DNA from: Octopus sinensis
Lineage: Eukaryota
Length of the DNA: 64,000 bases
Assembly: GCF_006345805.1 (NCBI RefSeq)
Contig: NC_043006.1
Location: 71,424,001-71,488,000, forward strand
Direction of reading: 5' to 3'
Part shown: positions 40,850 to 53,398 of the stretch, piece after piece
Numbering within the stretch: the first letter of the stretch is position 1
Layout of the letters: each line of letters opens with the position of its first letter
Notes under the pieces: model-generated
What the model saw: only the letters and a program-made list of their open reading frames with translations
Database searches by the model: none
What the model was told of the DNA's origin: nothing
Position numbers and translations under genes: made by a program

Positions 40850-41110
40850 AAACTTACCAGAGAGGTGTATATACTAGCTAAATCACCAGTGAGACAAAGA
40901 TTTAGTTACTCAAAGATTGAACCTACACAGTGATGCACTCACCATGAAGCCTGTACACTTACCAGCGAGGACTACACACAGTAGCACACTCACCAGGATG
41001 GTCTACTTACAACAACACTCTTCCCATGATGTCTACACACAGAGGTACATTACCCAGTGAAGTCTGTATAAAGTGGCACACAGTGAGGTTTATATATACC
41101 AGGCATGAAC
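40850..41110. repeat. Degenerate ~29-30-bp minisatellite (approximate unit ACTCACCAGTGAGGTCTACACACAGTAGC)
   Basis: About 8-9 diverged units beginning ACTTACCAG, ACTCACCA or ATTACCCAG. Confidence 0.65.
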
Positions 41111-41329
41111 AGTCTTTTTCATGAAGGTGGACACAAGAGACATGGTTCATCAGGATACACCAGAAAAACATTCAAGGTAAATTTTTTTTTTTATTAGGTG
41201 TTCCATTGAGAAATTTTTGTGAACCTCAGTTTGCCTATGAGTGTTATGTACAGTAGTAAATTGAAATATTTCTTTGTCTGCACTGACTCCAGTCTCAGTG
41301 ACATCATTCTGTAAAATGACATCAATATA

Positions 41330-41920
41330 TTACTCGGCAAGCCAAGTGAGACAATAACCTCGTGGCCTATGCCAGGGGTGTAACCAGCCCACTTATACGT
41401 ACCTTTCCTTCATTGGACACTAAACTCTGCTTGCAAAGACCGGTTGAGGCAAATGAAATCGAAATCAAATTCGATGACTGGCATCCGTGCTAGTGGAGCG
41501 CTAAGAATACCATTCGAGCGTGATCGTTATCAGAGCAACAAACTGGCTTCCATGCCGGTGGCACGTAAATAGCACCATTCAAGCATGATTGTTACCTGTG
41601 TCGCCTTACTGCTACTTGTGCTGGTCGGCACGCGAAAAACATTTGAGTGAGGTCGTTGCCAGAACCGCTGGACTGGCTCTTGTGCAGGTGGCACATAAAA
41701 AGCACCATTTGAGTGTGGCCGTTGCCAGTACCTCTTGACTGGCCCTCGTGCTGGTGGCATGTAAAAGCACCCACTACACTCTCGGAGTGGTTGGCGTTAG
41801 GAAGGGCATCCAGCTGTAGAAACTCTGCCAGATTAGATTGGAGCCTGGTGCAGCCATCTGGTTCGCCAGACCTCAGTAAAATCGTCCAACCCATGCTAGC
41901 ATGGAAAGATGATGATGATG
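41330..41920 (+). mobile_element. SINE-like family C with internal ~55-bp tandem units and (GAT)n tail
   Basis: Repeated ...GGTGGCACGTAAAAAGCACCATT... units, central GGAAGGGCATCCAGCTGTAGAAAC, end CCAACCCATGCTAGCATGGAAAG(GAT)n. Shorter copies at ~1205-1315, 1345-1497, 22711-22752, 52995-53090 and 54190-54440. Confidence 0.8.
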
Positions 41921-42644
41921 ATATTAATTTATTCTTAGAAACTAGACATTTTGGAATTCATTAGCTCTTCTAATTATTCTGAGATGGTTAATGGCTCCAT
42001 TGTGCAGAATTATAGTTAATAGATCTACTGAGGAGAATGACATGGTCAGTGACTCTACTGTGCACAATTACATGGTTAGTTGCCAACTTAAATGGTCATT
42101 GATGCTGTATAACATGAGGTTTAGCTCTGAATCAAGCAGTTCAATGACTGAAGATATTTCCAGCATGACCGTTCTGTCTTTTAGCACATTTAGTGTTACA
42201 TTATGTCATTCCTATTTGAAGATAATAGTGCTTAATTTTAAGAAGATTTGGCTGTTATGTCTAGCACACTGAGTGACAATGTAAAGGATCCCTTGTTTCC
42301 TCACTGTGTACTATAACAAAATAATTTAATAAAAGGTACAGAATTGGACAGTCAAGAAAGTCAAACTGGTGTAGTGACCATTATTCAGTTGTTTATTAAG
42401 ATTTTAAATACAATTCTCAAGAATGTTGTTTATAATCAGTCTAATTTCAACTTACATCCCAATAAATCCACCCCAACATTCCCCATTACCACCATTTGAG
42501 GTTACTGACAACAAAAGTCATTTACAAGAATTCATAAGTACACATCACTCTCTCTCCTCTTCCTCTAGATCTCTGAAGAAAATTCAGAAGGAGGAGGAGA
42601 GAGAAGGGTAGGAGGAGAAAAAGAGGAAGAGAAAGTAGACTTAC

Positions 42645-42731
42645 CTCTCTCTGCTGTTTTTCAAGTTCCTTCATTCGGATTTCCCTGGCTTCACTTCTTG
42701 ACGCTCTCTTGGCAGCCAATTTAGCCTCAGC
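42645..42731 (-). CDS. LRRFIP2: LRRFIP1/2 homologue, internal coding exon (87 nt, phase 0-0): [29 protein letters not shown]
   Basis: Acceptor ttgtgtttctccattacag|GCT and donor GAG|gtaagt read from the sequence. The peptide matches the conserved LRRFIP N-terminal helix ([29 protein letters not shown] in vertebrates, from memory). Confidence 0.93.
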
Positions 42732-44194
42732 CTGTAATGGAGAAACACAACAATAGGTTATTATAGATGTTTAAGACATCTGATTCACTGGGGAATGGCA
42801 GCAAGAACAACAACTACATACTGAATAGTCAGTAATTGCTCTGATAAATTGCAACAACAAAAACAACAATGATAACAAAGGTTATGAAATCAACTATAAT
42901 AACAAAATCAAGAATTATTAATGATTAGCAGCAACACTAACAACTTGTTGAATAGGCCTTGAAGTTTTATGTACAAAGAGTTAATTACAGTGGTCATTAA
43001 TTATATAACTTAGAGAAATACACATCCTTGGAGGATTACAGACACACCCACAAATTGAGGACTACAGACAGACAGAAATACATCAACAGTTATAGAGTAA
43101 ATTTGTATTAGATAGATCTAGTACAAACCACTCCATTACTGTTGTTCAATAAGGAAGCTGCTGTAATTTCTCAACGAAGACATATCACATGGTTACTATA
43201 GTTTAGCCCAGTTCAGCTCTGATCAGCCAAAATTAACATCAAAGGCAATCTAGCTACAACCATCCTGTGTTTTTGAGTATCTAGAACTACATATTCTAAG
43301 TTGTTCTCTCTTTCTTTTCAATATAAGGGCATATGAAATTTGGCTGCTATTTCTAGTAGTTTGAGGAACCATGCAGAGGCTCTTATCTCTTGTTGGCATA
43401 TCACATGACAAGGATTCCTCTATTAGAACTGATGCCTTTGTTGGCTGAGTGTTTCAATGTTTTTGGAAATGAACATTATTCTATTCTGCCCCAGTTCATC
43501 AAGGTTTCAGTATGAATAGGTACCACCATATCATGTGGGAAATATTAACAAAGATAGACTGGTGTCTTATCCAGGAGATATCAGAGAGATTTATCTCAAT
43601 TGTAGTGTGCTTCAGGGCAGAACACTTTATTCTATGTTACTTAGCTCAGCCGGTTGTCACAAAGAGAATAAGCTACCATAACATTGGGAATGCCATAGAA
43701 CCAAGGAGTAAATAAGCTCTTCCGCACAACACTACATTATTTACTCCTCACCCCTTACAAACCAAGCCAATGTGGCAACCTCTACATAGTCTCTCAATGC
43801 TGAAAATAGAGGCTAAATCTTCCTCAATCCAAACCACACTAAAGGACATATTGGATATTGTAATCCTTGGTTTTCTGTACATAAGAGAAAGATGGAATAT
43901 AAAGGTCTGCTTAATCAGGGCTGACCTGGGGCTAAACAAGAACCCTTACAAAAATTAACACACACATACACACAAAGGGAAAAACATTTTAATTTACATT
44001 TGAGAACCTGACAGACATAAAGATGCTTGATGTGTGTGTGTGAGTGTATAAGTTAGTTTATTAACAGAATAGTTCGTTATTTGTTTGAGGAGTTAATGGA
44101 GACTATAGTGAGAAACAGCAAAGTTAATAGCTCAAAATCACTACAGGATGAACAACGGTAAGATATATTAGTATAAAAATAATAATTATAATAA

Positions 44195-44408
44195 TAATCC
44201 TTTCTACTATAGGCAAAAGGTCTGAAATTTTAGAGGAGGAAACTCATCAATTCCATTGATCCCAGTACTTAACTTGTACTATTCTATTGACCCCAAAAGG
44301 ATGAAAGCAGGGTCAACTTTGGTAGAATTTGAACTCAGAATGCAAAAGATAGATGAAATGCCACTAAGCATTTTGTCTGGCGTGCTAATGGTTCTACCAG
44401 CTCACTAC

Positions 44409-44442
<34 letters not shown>

Positions 44443-45470
44443 TGTTCAAATTTTGGCACAATGCCATCAATTTTGGGGGTAGGGGTGGGGATTAGTCAAT
44501 TACATTGACCCCAGTGTTCAACTGGTACTTATTTTATCAACCTCAAAAGAATGAGATGCAAAGCTGACCTCAGTGGAATTTGAACTCAGAGGAAATACCA
44601 GTAGGCAATTCTACCATTTTGCCACCTTAATAATAAAAATCCTTTCTACTACAGGCACGAGGCATGAAATTTGGAGTGAGGGAGCTAATTGTTTACATTG
44701 ACCCCCCACCCCCTTACTCAACTGGTGCTTATTTTATTGCTCCCAAAATGATGACAGGCAAAGTCAACTTACATGGCATTTGAACATAAAGACAGACAAA
44801 ATATCACTAAGCACCCCCCCCCCCCGGCATGTTAACAATCCTGCCAGCTCGCCCCCTTAATTATGGTTTCAAATTTCAGCACAGGGCCAGCAGGGATTTT
44901 TTTTTGTTTGTTTTTTTTAAAGGGAAGAGGAAATCAATTTCATTGACTCTCGTAACTTGACTGGTAATTATTAATGCCAGTTGGCAATTTTGTCTGGTGT
45001 GCTACCGGTCTTGCTAGTTCACTCACCTTAATAATGGTCTCACATTTTGGCACAATGCCAGCAAGTTTTGGGAGGGTATTAATCAATTACAATTGACCCT
45101 AGCGTTTAACTGGTACTTATTTTATTAACCCTGAAAGGATGAAAGGCAAAGTCGACCTTGGCAGAATTTGAACTCAGAACATGAAGTCACATGAAATGCC
45201 ACAAGGCCCAACATGCTACTGAATCTGCCAGCTCACTGCTATAATAATAATAAGCACAAGGCTTGAAATTTTGGAGGAGGGGGCCAAGTCAATCCTGTCG
45301 ACCCCAGTGTATAACTGGTATTTATTTCATTGACCTCGGAAGGATGAAAGGCAAAGTCAACTTCAAAACAAGAACACAGAACAAAGTTGGGGAAAATGCC
45401 ACTAAGCATTTTTCCTGGTGCAGTAACAATTCTGCCAGCTTGCGGCCTTAATAATAATAATAATAATCCA
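44195..45470 (-). mobile_element. Head-to-tail array of six tRNA-derived SINE family B copies with (TTA)n tails
   Basis: Six repeats of ...CCCCAGT..ACTGGTACTTATTTTAT.GACCCC.AAAGGATGAAAGGCAAAGT..ACCT.GGCAGAATTTGAACTCAGAAC...CTGCCAGCT...CCTT, separated by (AAT)n. The core resembles the Nin-type SINE domain as I recall it (not verified). Confidence 0.85.
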
Positions 45471-46164
45471 AAGCAATAACTCAAAGTCTCTCCAGATAAT
45501 TCCAAATTGCTGAGAACAAAAGAAACAGTTATTTAGATGTTAACATGCTAGCATGCAGAACTATAGAAACTATGAAATATATTAACAAGAGCCACAAACT
45601 AGCTTCAAGGAATTAACTATAGTAGTAGTATTAGTAGTAGTAAAGAACAGCAGTAATACTAGCAGTAGAGAAAAACCCAGGTGATGGAGAAATTGTAGAG
45701 TATATAGTAGAGACTGTGACAGACATGACTGAGTATATAGGTAGTAAAAGAACTACTGTAAATCTACATCACTTATTGTGACTGATCACTTCAGGACAAG
45801 AAGTACTTAACTGTTTCGATTAGGACCCAGAGGTAATGTTTAAAATTTGACCCCCACTCGGGGGGGGGGGGTCGTATGTAGATATATAACTTTTTATGGT
45901 GTTGTAGCAGACCCGAGAGCTGTGTAATGTACACTGAATTGAATTACATATGATGGCATTATTATACTAAACCTAATGGCCATTACTGTGTGTGTGTTTG
46001 TGTGTAAGAGAGAGAGAGGGGGGGGTCAGATAAAAAAAATGCTCATTGCTGGTAATCATGTAAACTAACACTATGTATATAGATATGAATGTGTGTGTAT
46101 TGTGTAAAATTACACTTGATGGCTGCTACTGTAAACAGAATTATCACACATGTGTGTGTCTCTG

Positions 46165-46223
<59 letters not shown>

Positions 46224-47145
46224 CCTGAGAACCATGTAGAACATAGACGCCTGGTGGTCAAAATTTCATATATATATATATATATATATACATACATACA
46301 TATATACACACAAGGATATTAAAAGGGGTCCATGGGAAAACTCATTTAAATAAAACAGGTCCTTGGTTGGGAGCCACTGATGTGCAATAGTGCGTGTGTG
46401 TACATTAGACTAATACTAATAGCTACCAACCATTCTTATGTGACAGGTTAGAACTGACAATCATTGCTACTTTATGATGCATTAGACTTAATGATTGTCT
46501 CTATTATACGACATGTTAGAGTATATTGTCCATCTCGACAGTGACCATTCTCCTCCTCTTCTTTAGCATTATCACCATTTCCTCCATGCCTGCAATTTCA
46601 AGATTGTTTGTCTCCTGACAGTCAGTCAGGGCTGGGTTAGCCAAAGAGAAGACTTGGACCCACTTACCCACCTCTCCCAGCGGAGAAAGTCTCTGAACAC
46701 TGATGGCTATCAGAAGAGGAAAATAAAGAAAACAGCAACATTTAAGAGCAGAATCTTGGCACAAAGCAAGCAAAAAGCACAGAAAAGATTAACAGTTATT
46801 TATGATGATAAAGGTGGTGATGACAATGGCAATGAAGATGATAGTCTTATGGCTTTAACCAGTCATACTGTCAGAAGTAACACTGTGGTCAGTAATGAGT
46901 GAGGAGGCAGCAAGCTGAAAAAATAGGTAAGACATGGAGACTTCTTTGGAGGGATTTGTAAACAGTGTTTTGAGGACCATCCTGTGGAGGGCTACAAGCT
47001 GAGAAATGAAATAAGGGAAAAAACTTCTGAAGGCTTTGCATCACCAGGAAAGGCCAACATGATGATGATGATGAGGATGGAATTGCAAAAAGGGAGAACC
47101 CAGAACCCACCACATCTATATTTACTGTTAAAAAGGGGGAAATAT

Positions 47146-47425
47146 CTAGACCATATCATAGGCACCTACTACACCTACTTCTAAGACAGCAAGTTGTCTA
47201 GACCATACTGTGGACAATCACCACACTGCAAAGAGAGAAGGGTGGTCTGGGCCATATGATGGACGTCCACAACAAATACTGCTGGTGCAGAAAGTGTTTA
47301 GGTCACACTATAGACACTCATCATATCTGCTGCTAAGAGACTGTGGTATCTAGACCAGGCTACAGATATCCACCACACTTAGGAGGAAATAGATGTCTAA
47401 TCCAAGCCTTGATTCACCACATCCA
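47146..47425. repeat. Degenerate ~50-bp minisatellite, about 6 units (approximate unit TCTAGACCATACTATAGACACCCACCACACCTGCTGCTAAGAGAGGGTGG)
   Basis: Units start near 47146, 47198, 47246, 47297, 47349 and 47396 with TCTAGACCA-like heads. Confidence 0.65.
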
Positions 47426-49619
47426 CATCTTCACAACTAACAGTAACAACCCCCACCGCGCGCGCACACACACACACATACCTAGGAAGGTTGTGAGGCA
47501 TCAGCAAAAGAGCCAAGCCTCATCACTAGGGGAAAGGTGAAGAAGAAGCTAAAGTTCATACAACCATGTTATATTGTTAAGATGATGATGATGACAATGA
47601 TCAAAATGATGGCGATGGTAGCAGTTGTGGTGATGATGATGACGACAAATGTATATAAATTATGTAAAAGTAAGCGGAAAAAAGTAAAGATTCCACAGAA
47701 AATTCTAGCAAATATGACCAGAGTTGCATCACATGTGGATAATATAAGTAAACAGTTAGGGGAAGGAGGGAGAAATAAAGAAAGGGAAAACAAACGAGAC
47801 AGGAGGTGGGGTGGTTGAGCTCTTCGAGTTATCTCAGAAAGGACGAGGGATACTCAATATGAAACCAGAGTTATTCCCCTTGATATGTTTAGCAAAACCG
47901 CTTTGAGTATGTTTGTTAATTTAAGCTGACAGATCAGCGACACGGGAGACATCTACGTGCTCGTTGAAGACGGAAACAAATAGCAAGCAGCCAAATCTCC
48001 TTCGAGTCACACTAGAACGTCTAACATAAAAAAATATACATTTATAGAGTTCTAAAGATGAACAGTTCGTGGTTGAACATTTTTCTACTGGATCAGAGCT
48101 GACTTGGTTGCTAAACAACCACAAGCTTGTATCTTAGGGCTGGTGATGTTAGTCAAAGAACAGAATGAATTGAATCGACCTTGACACGGCAGACCTTCGG
48201 AATAACTGTCACAATTAAAATGATTTTTTTTTTTTTCCTTCTTTCATTTCACCATTTTATAATACTGCACATCTTGAAACACTTACAATCCATATAAATC
48301 ACCCTCCACCCCATAAAAAAATCCACGTTTCTCAAATATCTTCACTCCACTTCATTGTACCTTTCAGTAATTTTTCAGTATTCATGTTTGTGACACATAT
48401 TACTTTATCATTCTTAGGTGGGGTGGGGGATTATCCAAAATTTAATTTTTTTAAATATCTTTCTGACTCCACCACCAAGCATTCCACTTTATTTTTGACA
48501 GCTATCCCTGATGTCTGCCTTCAATGGGATTTGAACTGAGAACATAAGAAATCAGAACAAATACCTAAATACATTTTGTTTGATAAAACAGTTTTACCAT
48601 ACATTCATGATAATACTGGGTTAGACACAAGGCCTCTATCTGGGTTAGGATCAATTATATCACCCTTAGTATTTGACTGGTACTTACTTTATCAAACCTT
48701 ACACTCAGAAGGAAGAAAGATAAAGTTGACCTCAGCAGAATTTGAACACATAATGTAAATAATAATCTATAAACATTATCCTGTTCATTCGTGTACCTGA
48801 GTGTTATGCTTTAAACAACCTAAACTATGATCAAAAGAATTGAACCATGCTATAAAGATCTATAAATTTATACATCATAATAGAAATGATACATAAAACA
48901 TGGTATTGGCATAAGCCACACTGGTAGTAATTATAATTGTTTACATAATAACATTAACATAATATAACCCAACAACAGCATTTTAAATTGGAGAAGGGGA
49001 TTGATGTTTAAACCTTTTGAGCATGTTTCTATCCAAGTGATGCTACAATGGTCATATTTAGTGATATATAACACATACAAACAAAACGGAAAAAAAAAGC
49101 AAAGCATATTGTTAGCATATATAGAGAGCAACAAATAAAAACCAAATATTTTAAAAATACACAAAGAAACAACAAAAAAGCTTAGTTCCGCCGTATACAA
49201 AAAAGAAAAACACATACTAGCACAAACATGCTACATCAAAGATAAAATAGATAGCATCGATATTAGGTTTCATATATAGTAATTAAATAGTGCTGCTCCT
49301 TGTGGCATGTTTGTGTGTTATATATACATATGTATATGATGGATTCTCCAGTCGTTAGATGACATAAGAGGGTTTGACAATTTCTTATCGTACAACCACA
49401 CAGATTATTTGTTTATAGTGATCAAATGTTTGTGTACACATACGCTCACTCCCTCCATCAAATCGATATTACCTGTACAGGTGCAACGGGTGCCACATAT
49501 CAGATGATGAAATGATTGCAGAGCACAATTCAACACTCAGTCTGGGAATCAAACGCATATCTCACAATCAAGAGTGCAACACCTTAACCAACTGAGCCAT
49601 GCACCTTCATATGTATATC

Positions 49620-49846
49620 TCTTTTCTCTTTTACTTGTTTCAGTCATTTGACTGTGGCCATGCTGGAGCACTGCCTTTAGTCGAGCATATTGACCCCAGG
49701 ACTTATTCTTGGTAAGCCTAGTACTTATTCTATCAATCTCTTTTGCTGAACCGCTAAGTTACGGGGATGTAAACACACCAGCATTGGTTGTCAAGCGATG
49801 TTGGGGGGACAAACACACACACAAACATACACACATATATATACAT

Positions 49847-49879
<33 letters not shown>

Positions 49880-50050
49880 CATACATACGACAGGCTTCTT
49901 TCAGTTTCCATCTACCAAATCCAGTCACAAGTCTTTGGTCAGCCCAAGCCTATAGTAGAAGACACTTATCCAAGGTGCCACACAGTGGGACTGAACCTGG
50001 AACCATGTGGTTGGTAAGCAAGCTACTTACCACACAGCCACTCCTACGCC
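49620..50050 (-). mobile_element. SINE family A, near full-length copy
   Basis: Reverse complement of 31203-31612 along its whole length. Confidence 0.85.
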
Positions 50051-50062
50051 TATATATATGTA

Positions 50063-50105
<43 letters not shown>

Positions 50106-50451
50106 TTTTTTTTTTTTTTTTTTTGAGCCCTAGAATTTGTAAGGTTGGTTACGGTGTTTCTAAGGCATAGAAGAGACGGAGATCACAACATTCTCACTGA
50201 ACAGGACACTGGTCTGTTCCAAGGTTCAAGACAGACAATTTTGTGAGGAAGGGACAAGCTGATTACATTGGCTCCAATACTTATCTGGTAGTTTATTTTA
50301 CTGACCCCCAAAGGGCTATGAAAGGCAAAGCTGGTCACAGCAGAATTTGAAATCAGAAAGTAAAAAACTGAAAGGAATGCCACTAGGCATTTTGTCCAAC
50401 GTGCAAACAATTTTGCAAGCTCACCACTTTGTGTTATATTACACATACATG

Positions 50452-50760
50452 TGAGGACGCATGATGGCCTAGTTATGGTGTTGCACTCATGAGCACGATT
50501 TCAATTCCTAGACTGGGCAGTGCATTGTATTCTTAAGCAAAACACTTCATCTCGCATTGCTCTGCAATTACTTCAACACCTGACACATGGTACATACAGT
50601 GCACCTGTTCAGGCAACGTCAATTTGAAAGAGAGAGTGAACTAATTTGCAACAAACATTCGATCACGATAAACAAATCATTTCTGCAAGTCATTCAGCAA
50701 AAAGCTGAACACTCACTCATTGTCTTCAACGAGAGAGTCCATCACATATATGTTACATGT
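50452..50760 (+). mobile_element. tRNA-derived SINE family E with CORE-like segment, representative copy
   Basis: Head GGTGTTGCACTCATGA, then TGCATTGT.T.CTT.AGCAA.ACACTT.AT.TC.CATTGCTC. Related copies at ~236-380, 20640-20860(-), 20960-21110(-), 49500-49610(-), 57800-57910(-) and 61195-61460. Confidence 0.65.
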
Positions 50761-53352
50761 AAGTCCATTTCACAATCATAATGTACTGCATATAACATTT
50801 TGGAAAGGTTTCTGTTACCACAGTCTTGGGTTGACCCAAGTCTTGTGGGTGAAACTGGGAAAACAGAAATTGTATGGAAGCCCACTTGATGGATTGTGCT
50901 TCAAAATTCAAAGGGTCAGTCTTGTCACACACTGTGTGGAACTGATTCTACCTGAAGATTTAATGGTTCATCTGCCTGTGAAATACTCAACCACTTGCAC
51001 TACAAATAAAGGAGTAAGGTGTTCAGTCTATTGAACACCTGCAATATTTATAAGCAAAACTGATGAAAAGAACCATTTATTGCAGTTCTCCAATAAACTG
51101 AACTCCCTATTATTTACATACACAGACACACACATGTATATATCTTTTCAGTTCTTCTACGGGGAAACGTTTTTGAATATGTATATGAAAGCTCCTATTT
51201 CATTATGCCAGCTACAGCTTAATGATACCAACTGGCAGGGTTGCACTGAGCTGTACTGATGTAATGTAGGATAAATATATTAATATTAATAATAATAATA
51301 ATAATCATCCATAGATGGAATTTATAAATATTTTAATGCATCGCTACACATGTTTCCTCAAGTTGCACCCATAATGATTATCATTATTATTACTACATAT
51401 ATATATATTGTTGATGTCATCATTTTATAAACTTTCAAGTAAGCAAAATAATTCTTTTTTGAAACAGTGGATCTCAAAGCACACAAAGCTATAAATAATA
51501 GAATGTGAATATTGGGTTGAAATATTCCATGAACAGCCTCCGATTTTTTTCTATCTATCTATGTCCTTTGAGATCCACCATTCAAAAAAGTATATATATA
51601 TATGTATGTATGTATATGTATTATCTATCATGTTATTGTACATAATTGTCTGTAAGTTTAGCCTACCATACTAACTACAGTAACGGTATATTTAAAACAA
51701 TTAGCAAGGAGAATAACAACAGCAACAACAATTACAAGAGTCTTTTGATTTATATGTAAACAAACAAAAAAAAAAGAAAGAAATTAGTGTGAAAAAGAAA
51801 GAAAGCAATGCAGGATATTAATGAGAGAGGAAGAGAGAAAGGAGATAAGAACAATGTACATTTATAGTAAAAGTTAAAAGATGAAGATATGTGATTCAAC
51901 ATTGAAGAGGGAAGGGGAAGGGAGATAATAGCAAGAAGATGGCATATAGAGGAAAAACAAAGGATTAGATTTATTATTAATGGAAAACAAGAGCTAAATG
52001 ATGATTGATGAGAGAGATAAGGGTAGGTACTGCGTTTGTGTGAAGAGAGAGGGAGAGAGAACATGTACATGAATAGCAAAGGGAGTTTGTTTACACCAAC
52101 TGGTTTGTGTATATGTGTGTGTGTTTACATGCATACAGAAATGATTTGGTGTAACCAGAGATCACACTATGATATATTTATATACATATATATATATATA
52201 TATATATACACACTCTCACATAGATACATCACGAGACACACTCATGCATGCACACAAACACCATGAGACACACATACATACATACACATACCTGGCATTG
52301 TTAGACACAATCTACACACCTACACAACTATGTGTGTATGTATACATACATACATACACACCGGACAAACGTCACTCTGCTTATAATGAACACATACACA
52401 CATTGCTATACATATATAATCAACACATATAAAAACATACAGCTCCAGAGATTGACAAATCATAAGAACCAAATCCATTAACAGTTGACAGCTGTTTTAC
52501 TATTTTCTATAGTGATAGCTCAACACACACACACACACACACACAACTACAGATGCATACATAGATATATACACACACACATGTGCATAACAATACAATG
52601 ATAAACAGAGTGACAGACGTATGTAGAACTACTCAGAGGAACAACCATACGAAATATATACACAAGCACATATTGATACAGAGGGTGTGTATATGTATCA
52701 CAATGTAAGCATTGTAAAATATATACCAGTAAAAGTTATACATGGTGTGAACATTAGCCAATACAGAACTCAATATTGGAAATAGAGTAGAAAGAGATGT
52801 TTATTATAGCTTTAATATGATATAATAGACACAGATAATACAAAGATGGTATGTACACCAAATAAAGATGATACAGACACACTTATAACACTAAGTGATA
52901 TACATACACAGATATGAATACACACACACACACATACACAGATATGAATACACACACACATATACACAGATATGAATACACACACACATATATATATCTG
53001 GCCTGGTGCAGCCTTCGAGCTTGCCAGACCCCAGTTGAACCGTCCAACCCATGCTAGCATGGAAAGCGGACGTTAAACGATGATGATGATATATATATAT
53101 ATATATTAATTACTACTCAGAGTTTCACGTTCCCATTCGTTGGACAGTTATTATTCTGAATCACAACTATCTGACGAATGGGAACATGAAACTGAGTGTG
53201 TATATATATTCTCTCTCTGTTTATTTTCTCTTATTCCTTTCTGTTGAAGAGCGTAGGCTCGAAACATAAAAGTTTTTTTTCATTTTCATGAGCATCAAAC
53301 TAATACATTTGCTTGTTGTTCATGCACCTGTCTTCATCTCTTGTTCTTCTAT

Positions 53353-53361
53353 ATTTGCTTA

Positions 53362-53398
<37 letters not shown>

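Noticed and set aside
40850-47425. CRISPR-like periodicity at 40850-41110, 41500-41770 and 47146-47425
   Set aside because: Whole units are degenerate with no constant-repeat/unique-spacer pattern, there are no cas genes, and the context is eukaryotic.
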